Below are positions 1-11,649 of a stretch of DNA of 64,000 nt, piece after piece. Within the stretch, counting starts at the first letter, position 1. Each line of letters begins with the position of its first letter. Position numbers and translations under genes: made by a program. This stretch comes from Squalus acanthias. Taxonomy: Eukaryota. The stretch covers positions 9,424,001-9,488,000 of the forward strand of contig CM059432.1 of assembly GCA_030390025.1 (NCBI GenBank), written 5' to 3'. The notes beneath the pieces are model-generated. The model saw only the letters and a program-made list of their open reading frames with translations, made no database searches and was not told where the DNA came from.

Positions 1-125
1 TAAAGAGGTTTAGGGAGGGAATTCCAGAGCTTAGGGTCAAAGAGATAGGTTTTAATGAGCATCTTAAAGGAGGAGAGACAGGTAGAGAGGCGGAGAGGTT
101 TAAGGAGGGAGTTTCAGAGCTTAGG
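1..125 (-). mobile_element. L2-like LINE fragment (internally duplicated)
   Basis: agaggtttagggagggaattccagagcttagg occurs twice (second copy imperfect); similar to the fragment near 49120. Confidence 0.5.
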
Positions 126-420
126 CCACATAAGGAACCAAAAGAATTCAGAGAAGCAGGCCAGAACACCTGTTCCACTCAGCATCGCCTAATTTCACGG
201 CGAGGTCCTTAAACAGACATTAGGCCCAATGAATATGTTAATAAGGGGCCGACGCCTGTTTAAGGCAGCTGCCCGGGAAGCCTGCATATTGTGCCGAGGC
301 CAATATGGTTTCAGATGGATTTCAGGTCTACTTGATGCACACAAAGTTTCCTACCTGGAAAACGTTTTAAAGAAGGATCAATTTCTCCCCCATTGCCAGT
401 AAATGTAACAACATACACAC

Positions 421-840
421 ATAAGAACATAAGAAATAAGAGCAGGAGTCGGCCATTTGGCCCTTCGAGCCTGCTCCGCCATTCAATAAGATCATGGCTG
501 ATCTTCTACCTCATCTCCACTTTCCTGCACTATCCCCATATCCCTTGATTCCCTTAATATTCAAAAATTATCGATCTCTGTCTTGAATATACTCAACGAC
601 TGAGCCTCCACAGCCCTCTGGGGTAGAGAACTCCAAAGATTCACCACCCTCTGAGTGAAGAAATCTCTCCTCATCTCAGTCCTAAATGGCCGACCCCTTA
701 TTCTGAGACTGTGACCCCTGGTTCTAGACTCCCCAGCCAGGGGAAACATCCTCCCTGCATTTACCCTGTCAAGCCCTGTAAGAATTTTGTATGTTTTAAT
801 GAGATCACCTCTCATTCTTCTAAACTCTAGAGAATATAGG
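421..840 (-). mobile_element. CR1 LINE 3' fragment
   Basis: LYSLEFRRMRGDLI...RTRGH...FFTQRVVNLW, the CR1 ORF2 C-terminus; (TTCTTATG)n tail. Confidence 0.9.
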
Positions 841-939
841 CTCAGTTTCAACTGGAATGATATGTCAGCAAAGAATAGAAGGAGGCTCGTGTGGAGTATA
901 AACACCAGCACAGATTTTAGTTGGGCCAAATGGCCAAAC

Positions 940-1995
940 GCTCCACTGGCTGGAGTCATACCTAGCACAAAGGAAGATGGTTGTGGTGGTTGAAGGTCAA
1001 TCATCAAAGCCCCAGGATATCGCTGCAGGAGTTTGTCAGGGGAGTGTCCTAGGCCCAACCATCTTCAGCTGCTTCATCAATGACCTTCCCTCCAACATAA
1101 GGTCAGAAATGGGGATGTTCGCTGATGACTGCACTGTGTTCAGTGCTATTCACAACTCCTCAGATAATGAAGCAGTCCATGCCCGCATGCAACAAGACCT
1201 GGACGACGTTCAGGCTTGGGCTGATAAGTGGCAGGTAACATTCGCGCCACAGAAGTGCCAGGCAATGACTATCTCCAACAAGCGAGAGTCTAACCACAGC
1301 CCCTTGACATTCAACGGCACTAGCATCGCCGAATCCCCCACCACCAACATCCTGGGGGTTACCATTGGCCAGAAACTTAACTGGACCAGCCACATAAATA
1401 CTATGACAACAAGAGCAGGTCAGAGGCTAGGTATTCTGTGGCGAGTGTCTCACCTCCTGACTCCCCAAAGCCTTTCTACAAGGCACAAGTCAGGAGTGTG
1501 ATGGTATACTCTCCACTTGCCTGGATGAGTGCAGCTCCAACAACACTCAAGAAGCTCGACACCATCCAGGTCAAAGCAGCTTGCTTGATTAGCACCCCAT
1601 CCACCACCTCAAACATTCACTCCCTCCACCATCGGCGTACCATGGCTGCAGTGTGTACCATCTACAAGATGCACTGCAGCAACTCGCCAAGGTTTCTTCG
1701 GCAGCACCTCCCAAACCCGCAACCTCTTCCACCTAGAAGCACAAGGGCAGCAGACGCATGGGAACATCACCACCTCCAAGTTCCCCTTCAAGTCACACAC
1801 CATCCTGACTTGGAAATATATCCTTCATCGTCGCTGGGTCAAAATCCTGGAACTCCCTCCCTAACAGCACTGTGGGAGTACCTTCACCACACGGACTGCA
1901 GTGGTTCAAGAAGGTGGCTCACCACCACCTTCTCAAAGGCAATTAGGGATGGGCAATAAATGCTGGCTTTGCCAGCGACGCCCACATCCCATAAA
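940..1995 (+). mobile_element. LINE family B (CR1/Jockey-group RT) 3' fragment
   Basis: QGSVLGP...FADD RT motifs in frameshifted ORFs; family tail gggatgggcaataaatgctggc. Confidence 0.88.
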
Positions 1996-2046
1996 AACAA
2001 ATTTTAAAAAATTCTATTGTTTTGAAAAAGGTCATTTGACTCTTTT

Positions 2047-4320
2047 GGCTGAATCTTAACTCCCAACAATGGCTGGGTTGGGGTCGGGTCAGAGTTTAAA
2101 ATTCAAAAAAATCGTAAACAGGAACCCAACCCACCTCAAACCCACCCATGGGACGAGGGGTGGGCAACCAATCCGCTCGTGGAAGGCGGGTTGATCATTT
2201 AATTATTTTAATGAGGCCGCCTGCCTTCATTTTAACAGTCATTCTATTTTAAACTCATGTCGGCCAGACTTCCCGGGCCTCGGGGAACCCGGCAGCTAAA
2301 AGCAGGTGAGAAGGGCTGAATCCATGAGGTAAATGCTTTTACATGTCTGCTTGTGGGCCAGGAAGAGCAGGAGTGTTTCCTCCAGGCCTAACAAACTACC
2401 AAGTTAAACCCCCCGCCCCCCCGGTCATCTGTCTGCTCCCTGCCACACCATCGGACCCCCAGACCACCATCAGAACCCCCGACCACCATCGGAATCCCCC
2501 TGATCATTATCTGACCCTCCCCGACCACCATCAGACAAACCCAATCACCATCGGGCATCCCCAGATCATAATCAGACCCCCCCGATCACCATCGAAACCA
2601 CCCTGACCACCATCAGACCCCCCTGACCACCATCGGACACTCCCCCGATAAACATCGGAACCCCCCGATCACCATCGGATACCTCGACCACCATCGGAAC
2701 CCCCCGACCACCATCAGAACCCCCGATCACCATCAGAACCCCCCGATCACCATCGGAACCCCCCGATCACCATGGGAACCCCCCGATCACCATCAGACCC
2801 CCCGATCACCATCGTAACCCCCCGACCACCATCGGAACCCCCCGATCACCATGGGAACCCCCCAATCACCATCAGACCCCCCGATCACCATCGGAACCCC
2901 CCGACCACCATCAGACCCCCCGATCACCATCGGAACCCCCCGACCACCATCGGAACCCCCCGATCACCATCGGAACCCCCCGATCACCATCGGAACCCCC
3001 CCGACCACCATCGGAACCCCCCGATCACCATCGGAACCCCCCGACCACCATCGGAACCCCGCCGATCACCATAGGAACCCCCCGATCACCATCGGAACCC
3101 CGCCGATCACCATAGGAACCCCCCGATCACCATTGGAACCCCCTGACCACCATCGGAACCCCCTGACCACCATCGGAACCCCTCGATCACCATCAGATTC
3201 CCCGATCACCATCGGAACCCCCTGATCACCATCGGAACCCCCCGATCACCATCGGAACCCCTCGACCACCATCGGAACCCCGCCGATCACCATAGGAACC
3301 CCCCGATCACCATCGGAACCCGGACAAGAACCCCCCGATCACCATAGGAAATCAGACCCCACCCCAGACCACAATCAGACCCCTCGACCACCATCGGACA
3401 CCTCGACCACCATCGGAACCCCCCGATCACCATTGGACACCCCCCGATCACCATCGGAACCCCCCCGACCACCATCGGAACCCCCGGATCACCATCGGAA
3501 CCCCCCGACCACCATCGGAACCCCCCGATCACCATAGGAACCCCCTGATCACCATCGGAACCCCCTGACCACCATCGGAACTGCTCGATCACCATCAGAA
3601 TCCCCGATCACCATCGGAACCCCCTGACCACCATCGGAACCCCTCGATCACCATCAGAATCCCCGATCACCATCAGACAACTCGACCACCATCGGAACCC
3701 CCCGATCACCATCAGAACCCTCCGATTACCATCGGAACCCCCCGACCACCATCGGAACCCCTCGATCACCATCAGAATCCCCGATCACCATCAGACAACT
3801 CGACCACCATCGGAACCCCCCCGATCACCATCAGAACCCCCCAGACCACAATCAGACCACCCCCAGACCACAATCAGACCCTCCCCAGACCACAATCAGA
3901 CCCCCCGACCACCATCGGACACCTCGACCACCATCGGACACCCCCCAGACCACAATCAGAACCCCCCTGACCACCATCGGACACCCCTGCCGCGATCGAG
4001 AACCACCCCCACCATCGGGAGCCCCCCACCGCAATTGGAACCCCCTCCGCGATCGGGCCCCACCACGATCTCATCCACACCCCCACTACACCGACCCGCT
4101 CTCCTCGGCTGCGGCCATGTGCTGTAGGCTTCCTCGCCCGAAAGGCCTCCAGCCTGTCAATCAGGCTGCCTGCGGGCTGCAACCTGACAGAAATATATTT
4201 CAGGCGCCCCGCGGTTAAAAACTGCAGCACATTCAGGAAACCCGTTCTTTCGGGTTTCCCACCTTCTAAACAGCCCCTCCGCCCCGCACAGAACGTGTAT
4301 CCGGGCTTAAACCCAGGCTT
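2047..4320. mobile_element. GC-rich non-autonomous DNA transposon remnant hosting a minisatellite
   Basis: Starts GGCTGAATCTTAAC, resembling the GGCCCCGATTTTAAC TIR of the 53371 MITE; GC-rich flanks surround the array; right TIR is degenerate. Confidence 0.45.
2450..4030. repeat. 19-20 bp minisatellite (CCCCCCGATCACCATCGGAA)n
   Basis: Visible tandem array of about 1.55 kb, roughly 80 units. Confidence 0.97.
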
Positions 4321-4644
4321 TCGAAATCGTTCCTTTTTGGTAATAAAGCTAAATTCTTTCAGCCTCTCCTAATAATTTTCAGTTGTGGAATTATCTTTAT
4401 AATTGTTCTCTGAATTGCCTCCAATGCAAAGTGGCCTTTATCCTTTATAATATGCCAATTGTCAATTACTTATTCAGGGTTAAAATAACACATTCGACTT
4501 GTAATAAATGTTCTTGAGGTGTCTTAGTTAGACTTCATAACAGCCTCAGATGAGCTGGGTAATTTTAAAGAATATAATTGATAATCACATCCATATCTCT
4601 TTCCACTTACACTTTTGCAATGAAATGCAATTAATCATAATATT

Positions 4645-5285
4645 TTTATTCGTTCGTGGGATGTGGGCGTCGCTGGCAAGGCCAGCATTTATTGCCCATC
4701 CCTAATTGCCCTTGAGAAGGTGGTGGTGAGCCGCCTTCTTGAACCGCTGCAGTCCGTGTGGTGAAGGTGCTCCCACAGTGCTGTTGGGGAGGGAGTTCCA
4801 GGATTTTCACCCAGCAACGATGAAAGAACGGCGATATATTTTCAAGTCAGGATGGTGTGTAACTTGGAGGAGAACTTGGAGGTGGTGGTGTTCCCATGTG
4901 CCTGCTTCCCTTGTCCTTCTAGGTGGAAAAGGTCACGGGTTTGGGAGGTGCTGCCGAAGAAGCCTTGGCGAGTTGCTGCAGTGCATCTTGTAGATGGTAC
5001 ACACTGCAGCCACGGTGTGCCGGTGGTGGAGGGAGTGAATGTTTAAGGTGGTGGATGGGGTGCCAATCAAGCGGGCTACTTTGTCCTGGATGGTGTTGAG
5101 CTTCTTGAGTGTTGTTGGAGCTGCACTCATCCAGGCAAGTGGAGAGTATTCCATCACACTCCTGACTTGTGCCTTGTAGATGGTGGAAATGCTTTGGGGA
5201 GTCAGGAGGTGAGACACTCGCCGCAGAATACCTAGCCTCTGACCTGCTCTTGTAGTCACAGTAATTATGTAGCGGGTCCAGTTAA
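4645..5285 (-). mobile_element. LINE family B 3' fragment
   Basis: KAQVRSVMEYSPLAWMSAAPTTLKKL; same tail as 940-1995. Confidence 0.88.
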
Positions 5286-5694
5286 GCTGTTCCTCCGCTC
5301 TCTCCTTTCTGTTCCCCAGCTGCCGCCGCTACTTCTGATTAACTAAAAGCATAAAGACTTGTATGTATAAACAAAACAATCCTTACTAGTGATGGAAGGC
5401 CTGCTTTGAGTACACTCGCCCTGAGATAGCTCATTGATGGGATGTAAATATGTCATACCTTAGCTGGACCTGTGTAAGAACCTTCGTTAAAGAAAGATTG
5501 TGGAGCTAGGATTGTGGAGATTGTGATCTGGCATGCTTAAATACACATGCCTCATTAACTGGGAGGTCACTGAGGGCACTTACATAGCTGTTTGAAGTGA
5601 CTGACACCAAAAGAGGTGAAATCTTCTGATCCATGTGCCAGTCAGATTGGTGAATTGACCAGAAAAGGGGTTCTTTTTGAAACTGACATATATA

Positions 5695-6490
5695 AGAGGA
5701 ACAGCACCTCATCTTTCGACTTTACAGCCTTCCGAACTCAACATCGAGTTCAACAATTTCAGACCATAACCTCTGTCCCCATTTTTCGGACAGCAGCTGT
5801 TGCTGATGTTTCTGCTATTCCCATTTACACCTCCTTTAGACCCATTTTTTGTTTCTTTTCTTGTCCCATTTCCATATTCTTTTGCCTTGCACCATCATCC
5901 CTTTTATCATTTAATCTCTCCTGCCTTCCACCCTATCACAGACCTTCTCTTTTGTTCTTTCCTCCCCTCCCCCCTTTCCCTGCCTCTGTACTTGCTTAAA
6001 ACCTATTACACCTCCAACTTTTTCCAGTTCTGACGAAAGGTCATTGACCTGAAACATTCGAATCATAGAATCATAGAATGGTTACAGCACAGAAGGAGGC
6101 CATTCGGCCCGTTGAGCCCGTGCCGGCTCGCTGCAAGAGCACTTCAGCTAGTTCCACTCCCCCGCCCTTTCCCCGTAGCCCTGTAATTTTTTTCTTTCAG
6201 GTACTTATCTAATTCCCTTTTGAAAGCCACGATTGAGTCTGCCTCCACCCACCCTTTCAGGCAATGCATTCCAGATCCTAACCACTCGCTGCGTAAAAAA
6301 GTTTTTCCTCATGTTGCCTTTGGTTCTTTTGCCAATCACCTTAAATCGGTGTCCTCTGGTTCTCGACCCTTCCGCCAATGGGAACAGTTTTTCTCTATCT
6401 ACTCTGTCTAGACCCCTCATGATTGACTCTGTTTCTCTCTCCACAGATGCTGCCTGACCTGCTGAGTGTTTCCAGCAGTTTCTGTTTTTA
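5695..6490 (+). mobile_element. Penelope-like family 2 3' tail with hammerhead motif, interrupted by a CR1 tail (6059-6424, minus)
   Basis: Homologous to 61320-61750; AGTT CTGACGA AAGGTC ATT GACCT GAAACATT at 6026-6058; host sequence resumes at about 6425 (gactctgtttctc). Confidence 0.8.
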
Positions 6491-6842
6491 TTATATGTAA
6501 GAGGGTGTTTGGCATTCCTCTTGGCAGATGCGGGTTTTTTTTCTTCTTTTCCATCCTCTTTAATCTTCTGCAGTCGTCTTTATTTAGCATTTACAGAAGG
6601 GTGAAAGTATATCCCAGGCAAAGAGGAAGAGGTTATGGAGGACAGATTGTACGGCTCTACTAGCCAGTCACAGGCAGAGATAAGTATGTCACTTAAATGT
6701 ACTAGTTACCTGAGATCAAGGACGGTGAGATTTATGCCAGTAGTTCAGATACAGTTACGAATGTGTAAGATGGATTTAGCCCAGGGCAGAGGATCAGGAG
6801 GAATGGATAATATCTCTACGGAGGAAGGCTCATCAACCCAAC

Positions 6843-7614
6843 GGGCCGTATTTTGCGACCTCCACGGGTGCGTACGATGTAATGTTTTTTAAAAAATTTA
6901 TTTCAATGTGTACTAGGTGCCCGCGCGCCCGTAGGGGCTGAGCAAGGGGCGAAGCGCATGCGCTAAAACCCGGAACTCGCGATCTGTCAAGAATTCTCTT
7001 GACAGATGATCCGCATCCCCGGGAGAAGGGCCTCCGCGGGCGGAGAGTTGCGCTATTTGCCCAACTTCTGCCCGGCGAAGGCCCGTGAAATTCTTATGCC
7101 TGGTAAAAGCAGACGTAAGGCCTGTTTTTACCAACATACGAGTTTTAAAAAATAGAAAAATAAAATTTTATCACTCATTTTTACATTAAAATCCCTGTCC
7201 AATAAGGGAAGTTTATTTTTAGCCCTGTTAAAACATATCATTTTGTTTAAATAAAATTTTTGTTTAAAATATTTAATTAAATGCCATTTTAATTAATTTT
7301 AAGTATGTAATGTTTTTTAAAATTTATTTCATGTGTTTGTGTATTTTTTAAGTGATCCCCATTCATACTTATGACAGTTCCGTACGTACGCAACTCCCAT
7401 AAGTATGAATGGGGATTCCCTTTCTTTTATTGGTTGGGCCGGCCCACGTGATCCCAGGGGCGCTTGCGAACCGCCTGTGTCCCTGGGATACGGGGACCTC
7501 TGCCTGCGCGGACCCGGAGAGGCCAAGGATCGCGAGCCTCCGTAACTCCCGGGCCACCAGATACATTCAGAGATATTTTACAGGTCGGAAGCCTCCAATC
7601 GCAATTTCAGGCCC
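6843..7614. mobile_element. PIF/Harbinger-type MITE
   Basis: Imperfect 16-bp TIRs GGGCCGTATTTTGCGA / TCGCAATTTCAGGCCC; 3-bp TSD AAC at 6840-6842 and 7615-7617; AT-rich core. Confidence 0.8.
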
Positions 7615-8029
7615 AACGTCTTAGAAGCCAATCCCATCGTCTCAGGGGAAGGTGAGCAACCAGCTCGTTCAAACAGCTCATAAGGACAAAGTCATATAAG
7701 TTCTGCAAACATTGCTAACCAGCAGCACATAGACGCTAATCTAACCAATAGACTGGCTATCTAATACTATTAACTTGTCAGCTACTCTAAGAAGCTTAAT
7801 TCTAAATTAATCCCACTAATTTATATCAATCCCAGACACTGATCTCAGCTGCAATTTGATAATCAGTGATCCAGTTAATGCTGAATTATTGTGGTACCAC
7901 TGGACTGCCTTCATAGCCTCTGTTATTCATTCCATCAGTTAACCCTATCTACCAATTATTTGCATACTCAGTAATTAAGTTTAAGTATTGATTATCATGA
8001 TTTAGAAAGAAAGAAAGAAAGAAAGTAAG

Positions 8030-8447
8030 TTACGCCACAGCTAGAGTACTGTGTATAGTTCTGGTCACCACATTGCAGGAAGGATGAGATTGCACGAGAG
8101 AGGGTACAGAGGAGATTTACGAGGATGTTGCCTGGACTGGAGAATTTTAGCTACGAGGAAAGATTGGATAGGCTGGGGTTGTTTTCTTTGGAGCAGAGGA
8201 GGCTGAGGGGAGACCTTATTGAGGTGTATAAAATTATGAGGGGCCTAGATACAGTGGATAGGAAGGACCTATTATCCTTAGCAGAGAAGTCAATAACCAG
8301 GGTATGCATTTGAAGTGCTGTAATCTACAGGGCTACGGACCAAGAGCTGGAAAGTGGGATTAGGCTGGATGGCTCTTTTTTCAGCCGGCACAGACAGGAT
8401 GGGCCGAATGGCCTCCTTCTGTGCCGTAAATTTCTAATGATTCTATG
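8030..8447 (+). mobile_element. CR1 3' fragment with internal deletion
   Basis: SYEERLDRLGLFSLEQRRLRGDLIEVYKI; ATTCTATG tail. Confidence 0.88.
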
Positions 8448-8866
8448 AAAGTAAGAAAGAACAAACTCGCATTTATAGAGTGCCTTTCACGACTTCCCAA
8501 AGCGCTTTACAGCCAATGAAGTTCATTTGATGTGTAGTCACTGTTGGAATGTAGGAAACACAGCCGTCAATTTGCACACCTTGTGTTTTTGTTATTGGTG
8601 TCAAGCTTCTAATTCTTGTAAAAGTAGCAGTGTCATACCATGTATTAGACATTGATGCAGCGCTAAAGACCGTACAGTGCGAGCGCCAACCATGCAGCAC
8701 ATGTGGGATGCAATCCTCATTCATAAACTGGAATGAACTGTGTTACTGGTAAGTTGTAGTGCCCAGATTTGTTAATAAATGTTTTTGATAAAGGTTGATT
8801 GGTTATTAATGTGTTTTGAAAGAACATTCCCGGACAGGTTCCGCGCACAGTTAGAAAGGTTGTAGC

Positions 8867-9296
8867 GTCAGCTGTGGCTCAGTGGGCAGCACACTTCACC
8901 TCTGAGCCAGAAGGTTGTGGGTTCAAGTCCCACTCCAGGGACTTGAGCACATAAAGCTAGGCTGACACCCCAGTGCAGTGCTGAGGGAGTGCTGCACTGT
9001 CAGTAGGTGCTGTCTTTTAGATGAGACGTTAAACTGAGGCCCTATCTGCTCTCTCAGGTGGACGTAAAAGATCCCATTTCGAAGAATAGCAGGGGAGTTC
9101 TCCCCAGTGTCCTGGCCAATAGTTATCCCTCAACCAACAGAACAAAAACAGATTATCTGGTCATTATCACCTTGCTGTGCACAAATTGGCTGCCGCATTT
9201 CCTACATTACAACAGTGACTCTACTTCATTGGCTGTAAAGTGCTTTGAGATGTCCGGTGGTCGTGAAAGGCGCTATATAAATGCAAGTCTTTCTTT
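8867..9296 (+). mobile_element. tRNA-derived Deu-domain SINE (SacSINE1/AmnSINE-like)
   Basis: A box TGGCTCAGTGG, B box GGTTCAAGTCC, core GATGAGACGTTAAACTGAGG...AAAGATCCCA, tail ggcgctatataaatgcaagtctttc. Confidence 0.85.
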
Positions 9297-9842
9297 TAAT
9301 GGCGTGTTACCATTTGGTGCAAAGTTGTTCTGTGGAAGTGCAAGTGTTCCATACGCCCTTTCAAGAGATGGGAATGGAATTGTCTGTATGATTAATGCTC
9401 TTCCAAGTGATCTATTAAATGATTTGTGATTGTTCTTGGGATTAAGTGCTTAGACGATATAATTCCATTGTAGTCAGCCTAATATGCGCAGCCCAGCACA
9501 ATTAGAACGTCGCTGATGTCCTGGAAGCTGCAGTTGTAATGCCACTGGCAGTTCCACAATAAAACCAGTCTATTCAGCAAACTCCACGATACACAACTTG
9601 TTCTTAGCTTGAAGATTTCTAGAGCTGAACTTCTGAAGTCCGAATACAATGAAAAGCACAAGGGTTACTGGTCCTTGAATACTTCCTAAACACTTTTATA
9701 TCAAATGTTATTTCAAAGAGATGCATGGTTCTACATCAAAGCAACCGGGCACACATGGACGACTGTTTTAAAGATTGGTCAAGTTATTTTGCATTGTCAA
9801 CCTCTCCGGCCTATCTTTGGATGTTAAGAACGTAAGATCCTG

Positions 9843-10146
9843 CCAGACTGATTCCTGGGATGGCAGGACAGTCGTATGAGGAGAGATTGGGCCGACTAGG
9901 CCTGTATTCACTAGAGTTTAGAAGAATGAGAGGGGGTCTCATTGAAACGTATACAATTCTGACAGGGCTAGACAGACTGGATGCAGGGAGGATGTTTCCC
10001 CTGGCTGGGGGGTCGAGAACGAGGGGTCACAGTCTCAAGATACGGGGTAGCACATTTAGGACTGAGATGAGGAGAAATTTCTTCACTCAGAGGGTGGTGA
10101 ACCTGTGGCATTCTCTACCACAGAAGGCTGTGGAGGCCAAGTCACT
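9843..10146 (+). mobile_element. Older CR1 3' fragment, left half (continues at 14594-14736)
   Basis: ...gaggccaagtcactga | atatattt... is split by the full-length CR1. Confidence 0.85.
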
Positions 10147-10385
10147 GAGAGGAGGCAGTGGACCTCAGGGGGAGCGAGAGCGGAGCCTGAGGATATAAAG
10201 AGCGCGGCAGAGCGAGGCCCGAGAGAGGAGGCAGCGGACCTGAGAGGGAGCGAGAGCGGAGCCTGAGGATATAAAGAGCGCGGCAGAGCGAGACCCGAGA
10301 GGGGAGGCAGCGGACCTGAGAGGGAGCGAGAGCGGAGCCTGAGGATATAAAGAGCGCGGCAGAGCGAGGAGGCCGCGGACCTGAC
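10147..10385 (+). repeat. Three 76-bp tandem monomers in the CR1 5' UTR, each with TATAAA
   Basis: TATAAA at 10194, 10270 and 10346 (76-bp period). Confidence 0.9.
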
Positions 10386-10611
10386 AACAATAACAAGGAA
10401 TGACATCACAGGAAAGCAGGGAAGTGATTGGTTGGTCAGTATTTCTCTCTTTATCTTGGGCATTGGTTTAAATTAAGAGCCGGGATCAAAAACTAAACGT
10501 TCAAAAAGAGGGAGCTGATTGGTGAGTATCTGGTAAGTGTTTTTACTTGGCTTTCTTAAAGTTTTTAAGTTTATTCCAGCTAGGTTAGTAAATAGTCTGT
10601 TAATTAGAGGT

Positions 10612-11562
10612 ATGGCAGGGCAGCTCACACCCGTGGAATGCACATCCTGTGCCATGTGGGAAGTCCTGAACACCTCCCGTGGTCTGGGCGACCACATGTG
10701 CAGGAAGTGTCGTCAGCTACAGTAGCTCGAGCACCGGGTTACGGAGCTTGAGCGGCGGCTGGAGTCACTGTGGTGCATCCGCGAGGCTGAGAGCTACGTG
10801 GATAGCATGTTTCGGGAGGTGGTCACCCCGCAGCTTAAGAGTATGCAGGCAGAGAGGGAATGGGTGACCGTCAGACAGAAGAGGAGGACCAGGCAGGTAG
10901 TGCAGGAGTCCCCTGGGCCCATCTTGCTCACCAACCAGTATTCGGTGCTGAGTACTGGTGAGGGCGATGGTTCCTCTGGGTAGTGCAGCCAGAGCCAAGT
11001 CCACAGCACCATGGAAGGCTCAGCTGCACAGGCGGGAGGGAAGAGGAGAGGGAGAGCAATAGTGATAGGGGATTCAATAGTTAGGGGAGCAGACAGGGGT
11101 TTCTGCGGCCGCAGACATGACTCCAGAATGGTATGTTGCCTCCCTGGTTCCAGGGTCAAGGATGTCACTGAACGGCTGCAGGGCATTCTGAGGGGGGAGG
11201 GTGAACAGCCAGAGGTCGTGGTCCATATCGGTACCAACGACATAGGTAGGAAGAGGGATGAGGTCCTGCAGGCAGAGTTTAGGGAGCTAAGAAAGAGTTT
11301 AAAAAGCAGGACCTCAAAGGTAGTAATCTCCGGATTACTACCAGCGCCACGTGCTAGTGAGTACAGAAATAGGAAGATAGAGCAGATGAATGCGTGGCTG
11401 GAGAGATGGTGTAGGAGGAAGGGCTTTAGATTCCTGAGGAATTGGAACCGTTTCTGGGGGAGGTGGGACCTCTACAAGCCAGACGGGTTGCACCTCAACG
11501 GGAACGGGACCAATATCCTCGCAGGAGGGTTTGCTAGTGCTGTTGGGGAGGGTTTAAACTAG
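10612..11562 (+). pseudogene. CR1 ORF1 (CxxC...CxxC zinc finger, coiled coil, SGNH/GDSL esterase)
   Basis: One frame from MAGQLTPVECTSC...CRKC to IGDS...HIGTND...DGLHLN; in-frame TAG at 10723 and 10981. Confidence 0.9.
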
Positions 11563-11649
11563 CTTGGCAGGGGGATGGGAACCTAAGTATAGAGTCAATA
11601 GGGAGGGAAGAAAACCTGGAATTGGAAAACAAAAAGCGTAGAAAGTAAA

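Noticed and set aside
2772..3595. Pro/His-rich ORFs
   Set aside because: They are translations of the 19-20 bp minisatellite.
8870..8940. tRNA gene
   Set aside because: A and B boxes are followed by the SINE core and tail, and the same head recurs at 32004, 44573 and 55303.
11011..11562. Stand-alone host SGNH esterase gene
   Set aside because: It is in frame with the upstream zinc finger and is the C-terminal domain of CR1 ORF1.
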